Part shown: piece by piece, positions 1 through 200 of the stretch | How the letters are laid out: each line of letters opens with the position of its first letter | How positions within the stretch are numbered: the first letter of the stretch is position 1 | NCBI RefSeq assembly: GCF_003334305.1 | Contig: NZ_QOWS01000090.1 | Reading direction: 5' to 3' (one strand) | Source: Escherichia coli | GTDB taxonomy: Bacteria > Pseudomonadota > Gammaproteobacteria > Enterobacterales > Enterobacteriaceae | Length of the DNA: 200 bases | Program-made: the position numbers and the translations under genes | Notes under the pieces: generated by a model | Seen by the model: only the letters and a program-made list of their open reading frames with translations | What the model was told of the DNA's origin: nothing | Databases searched by the model: none

Positions 1-68
1 GTGTATTTCCCGTTAGCCAGGTCATACGCGGCCTTAACGGCTTTTGGCGTTGCCGCCTGTGACTCGGA
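1..68. repeat. Copy A of a perfect direct repeat (68 bp visible, cut by the window start); part of a 132-bp in-frame tandem unit
   Basis: Seen in sequence: base-by-base comparison shows + 1-68 is identical to + 133-200 (68/68). The offset is 132 bp = 44 codons, so the repeat preserves the minus-strand reading frame. Identity reaches the window edge, so the true extent is unknown. Confidence 0.95.
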
Positions 69-200
69 AGTGCTGTTAGTCGCACTGCTGAGCTGAACTA
101 TCCCTTTCTGTGCTGTCGTTGCATCCTGTGCGGTGTATTTCCCGTTAGCCAGGTCATACGCGGCCTTAACGGCTTTTGGCGTTGCCGCCTGTGACTCGGA
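1..200 (-). CDS. stf: Internal fragment (partial at both ends) of a phage side tail fibre protein gene, lambdoid Stf-like, made of tandem 44-aa tail-fibre repeat units
   Basis: Seen in sequence: minus-strand frame with codons at + 198-200, 195-197 ... 3-5 is open for all 66 codons. The other two minus-strand frames have stops (TAG = revcomp of + 98-100; TAA = revcomp of + 166-168). All three plus-strand frames have stops (TGA 94-96; TAG 14-16, 77-79, 146-148; TGA 60-62, 192-194). The translation contains GIVQLSSATNSTS (+ 66-104) and ATPKAVKAAYD (+ 21-53 and 153-185). Established knowledge, from memory: these resemble the conserved phage tail fibre repeat of lambda Stf and E. coli prophage Stf proteins (Pfam Phage_fiber_2, accession not verified here). 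Composition is rich in Ala/Thr/Ser/Gln/Lys, typical of a fibrous shaft. The symbol is given at family level only; the specific paralogue (for example stfR, stfE, stfQ or lambda stf) cannot be assigned from 200 bp. No in-frame ATG or stop is present, so gene boundaries are outside the window. Confidence 0.8.
133..200. repeat. Copy B of a perfect direct repeat (68 bp visible, cut by the window end); part of a 132-bp in-frame tandem unit
   Basis: Seen in sequence: identical to + 1-68. It encodes the same peptide, SESQAATPKAVKAAYDLANGKYT, as copy A on the minus strand. Identity reaches the window end, so the repeat may continue beyond position 200. Confidence 0.95.

Noticed and set aside
10-47. 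Terminator-like hairpin on the + strand: ccgtta (10-15) pairs with taacgg (35-40), followed by cttttgg; repeated at 142-179
   Set aside because: The stem is only 6 bp, the loop is about 19 nt (too large for a stable intrinsic terminator) and the T-tract is only 4 T. It sits inside the coding region and is duplicated simply because it is part of the 132-bp repeat. Most likely a coincidental inverted repeat.
1-96. GTG at + 1-3 opening a plus-strand ORF that runs to TGA at 94-96 (31 codons)
   Set aside because: The same GTG recurs at 133 as part of the repeat, no ribosome-binding site can be assessed (window edge), the frame is short, and the opposite strand is open across the whole window with a recognisable tail-fibre motif. 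It is an antisense chance ORF.
69-132. Possible internal half-unit periodicity (about 22 aa) within the 44-aa repeat, for example AATPKAV versus ATTAQKGIV and gccgcctgtga versus gcatcctgtgc
   Set aside because: The similarity is weak and patchy at both the DNA and protein level and is within what chance allows for a low-complexity Ala/Thr-rich sequence. It is not supportable without a profile alignment of many units.
1-200. CRISPR-like repeat-spacer-repeat layout (identical 68-bp copies separated by 64 bp)
   Set aside because: The repeats are far longer than typical CRISPR repeats (roughly 24-48 bp), only 1.5 units are visible, and the whole array lies in frame inside an ORF encoding a known protein repeat. 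This is a coding tandem repeat, not a CRISPR array.
1-200. Diversity-generating retroelement template/variable repeat pair
   Set aside because: DGR template and variable repeats differ at adenine positions, and the template is normally separate from the target ORF. Here the copies are 100% identical, including at all adenines, and are tandem in-frame units of the same ORF.
1-200. Insertion-sequence or transposon terminal repeats, or a target-site duplication
   Set aside because: The repeats are direct and 68 bp long with a coding, in-frame 132-bp period. No inverted terminal repeats and no transposase-like coding potential are present in the window.

Overview
The whole 200-bp window is an internal fragment of one protein-coding gene on the minus strand, with no start or stop codon in view. 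Only one of the six reading frames is open across the window (minus strand, codons phased so that + coordinates 198-200 form a codon). It translates to SESQAATPKAVKAAYDLANGKYTAQDATTAQKGIVQLSSATNSTSESQAATPKAVKAAYDLANGKYT. From memory, this matches the phage tail-fibre repeat of lambdoid side tail fibre (Stf-family) proteins found in enterobacterial phages and prophages. The most notable feature is a perfect direct repeat: + positions 1-68 are 100% identical to 133-200, a period of 132 bp (exactly 44 codons, in frame). I see no evidence in this window for a previously undescribed system; it looks like an ordinary, highly repetitive tail-fibre shaft segment, and any novelty would have to come from flanking sequence not shown. 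GC content is about 56% by hand count. No RNA gene, CRISPR array, mobile-element end, promoter or terminator is supportable.
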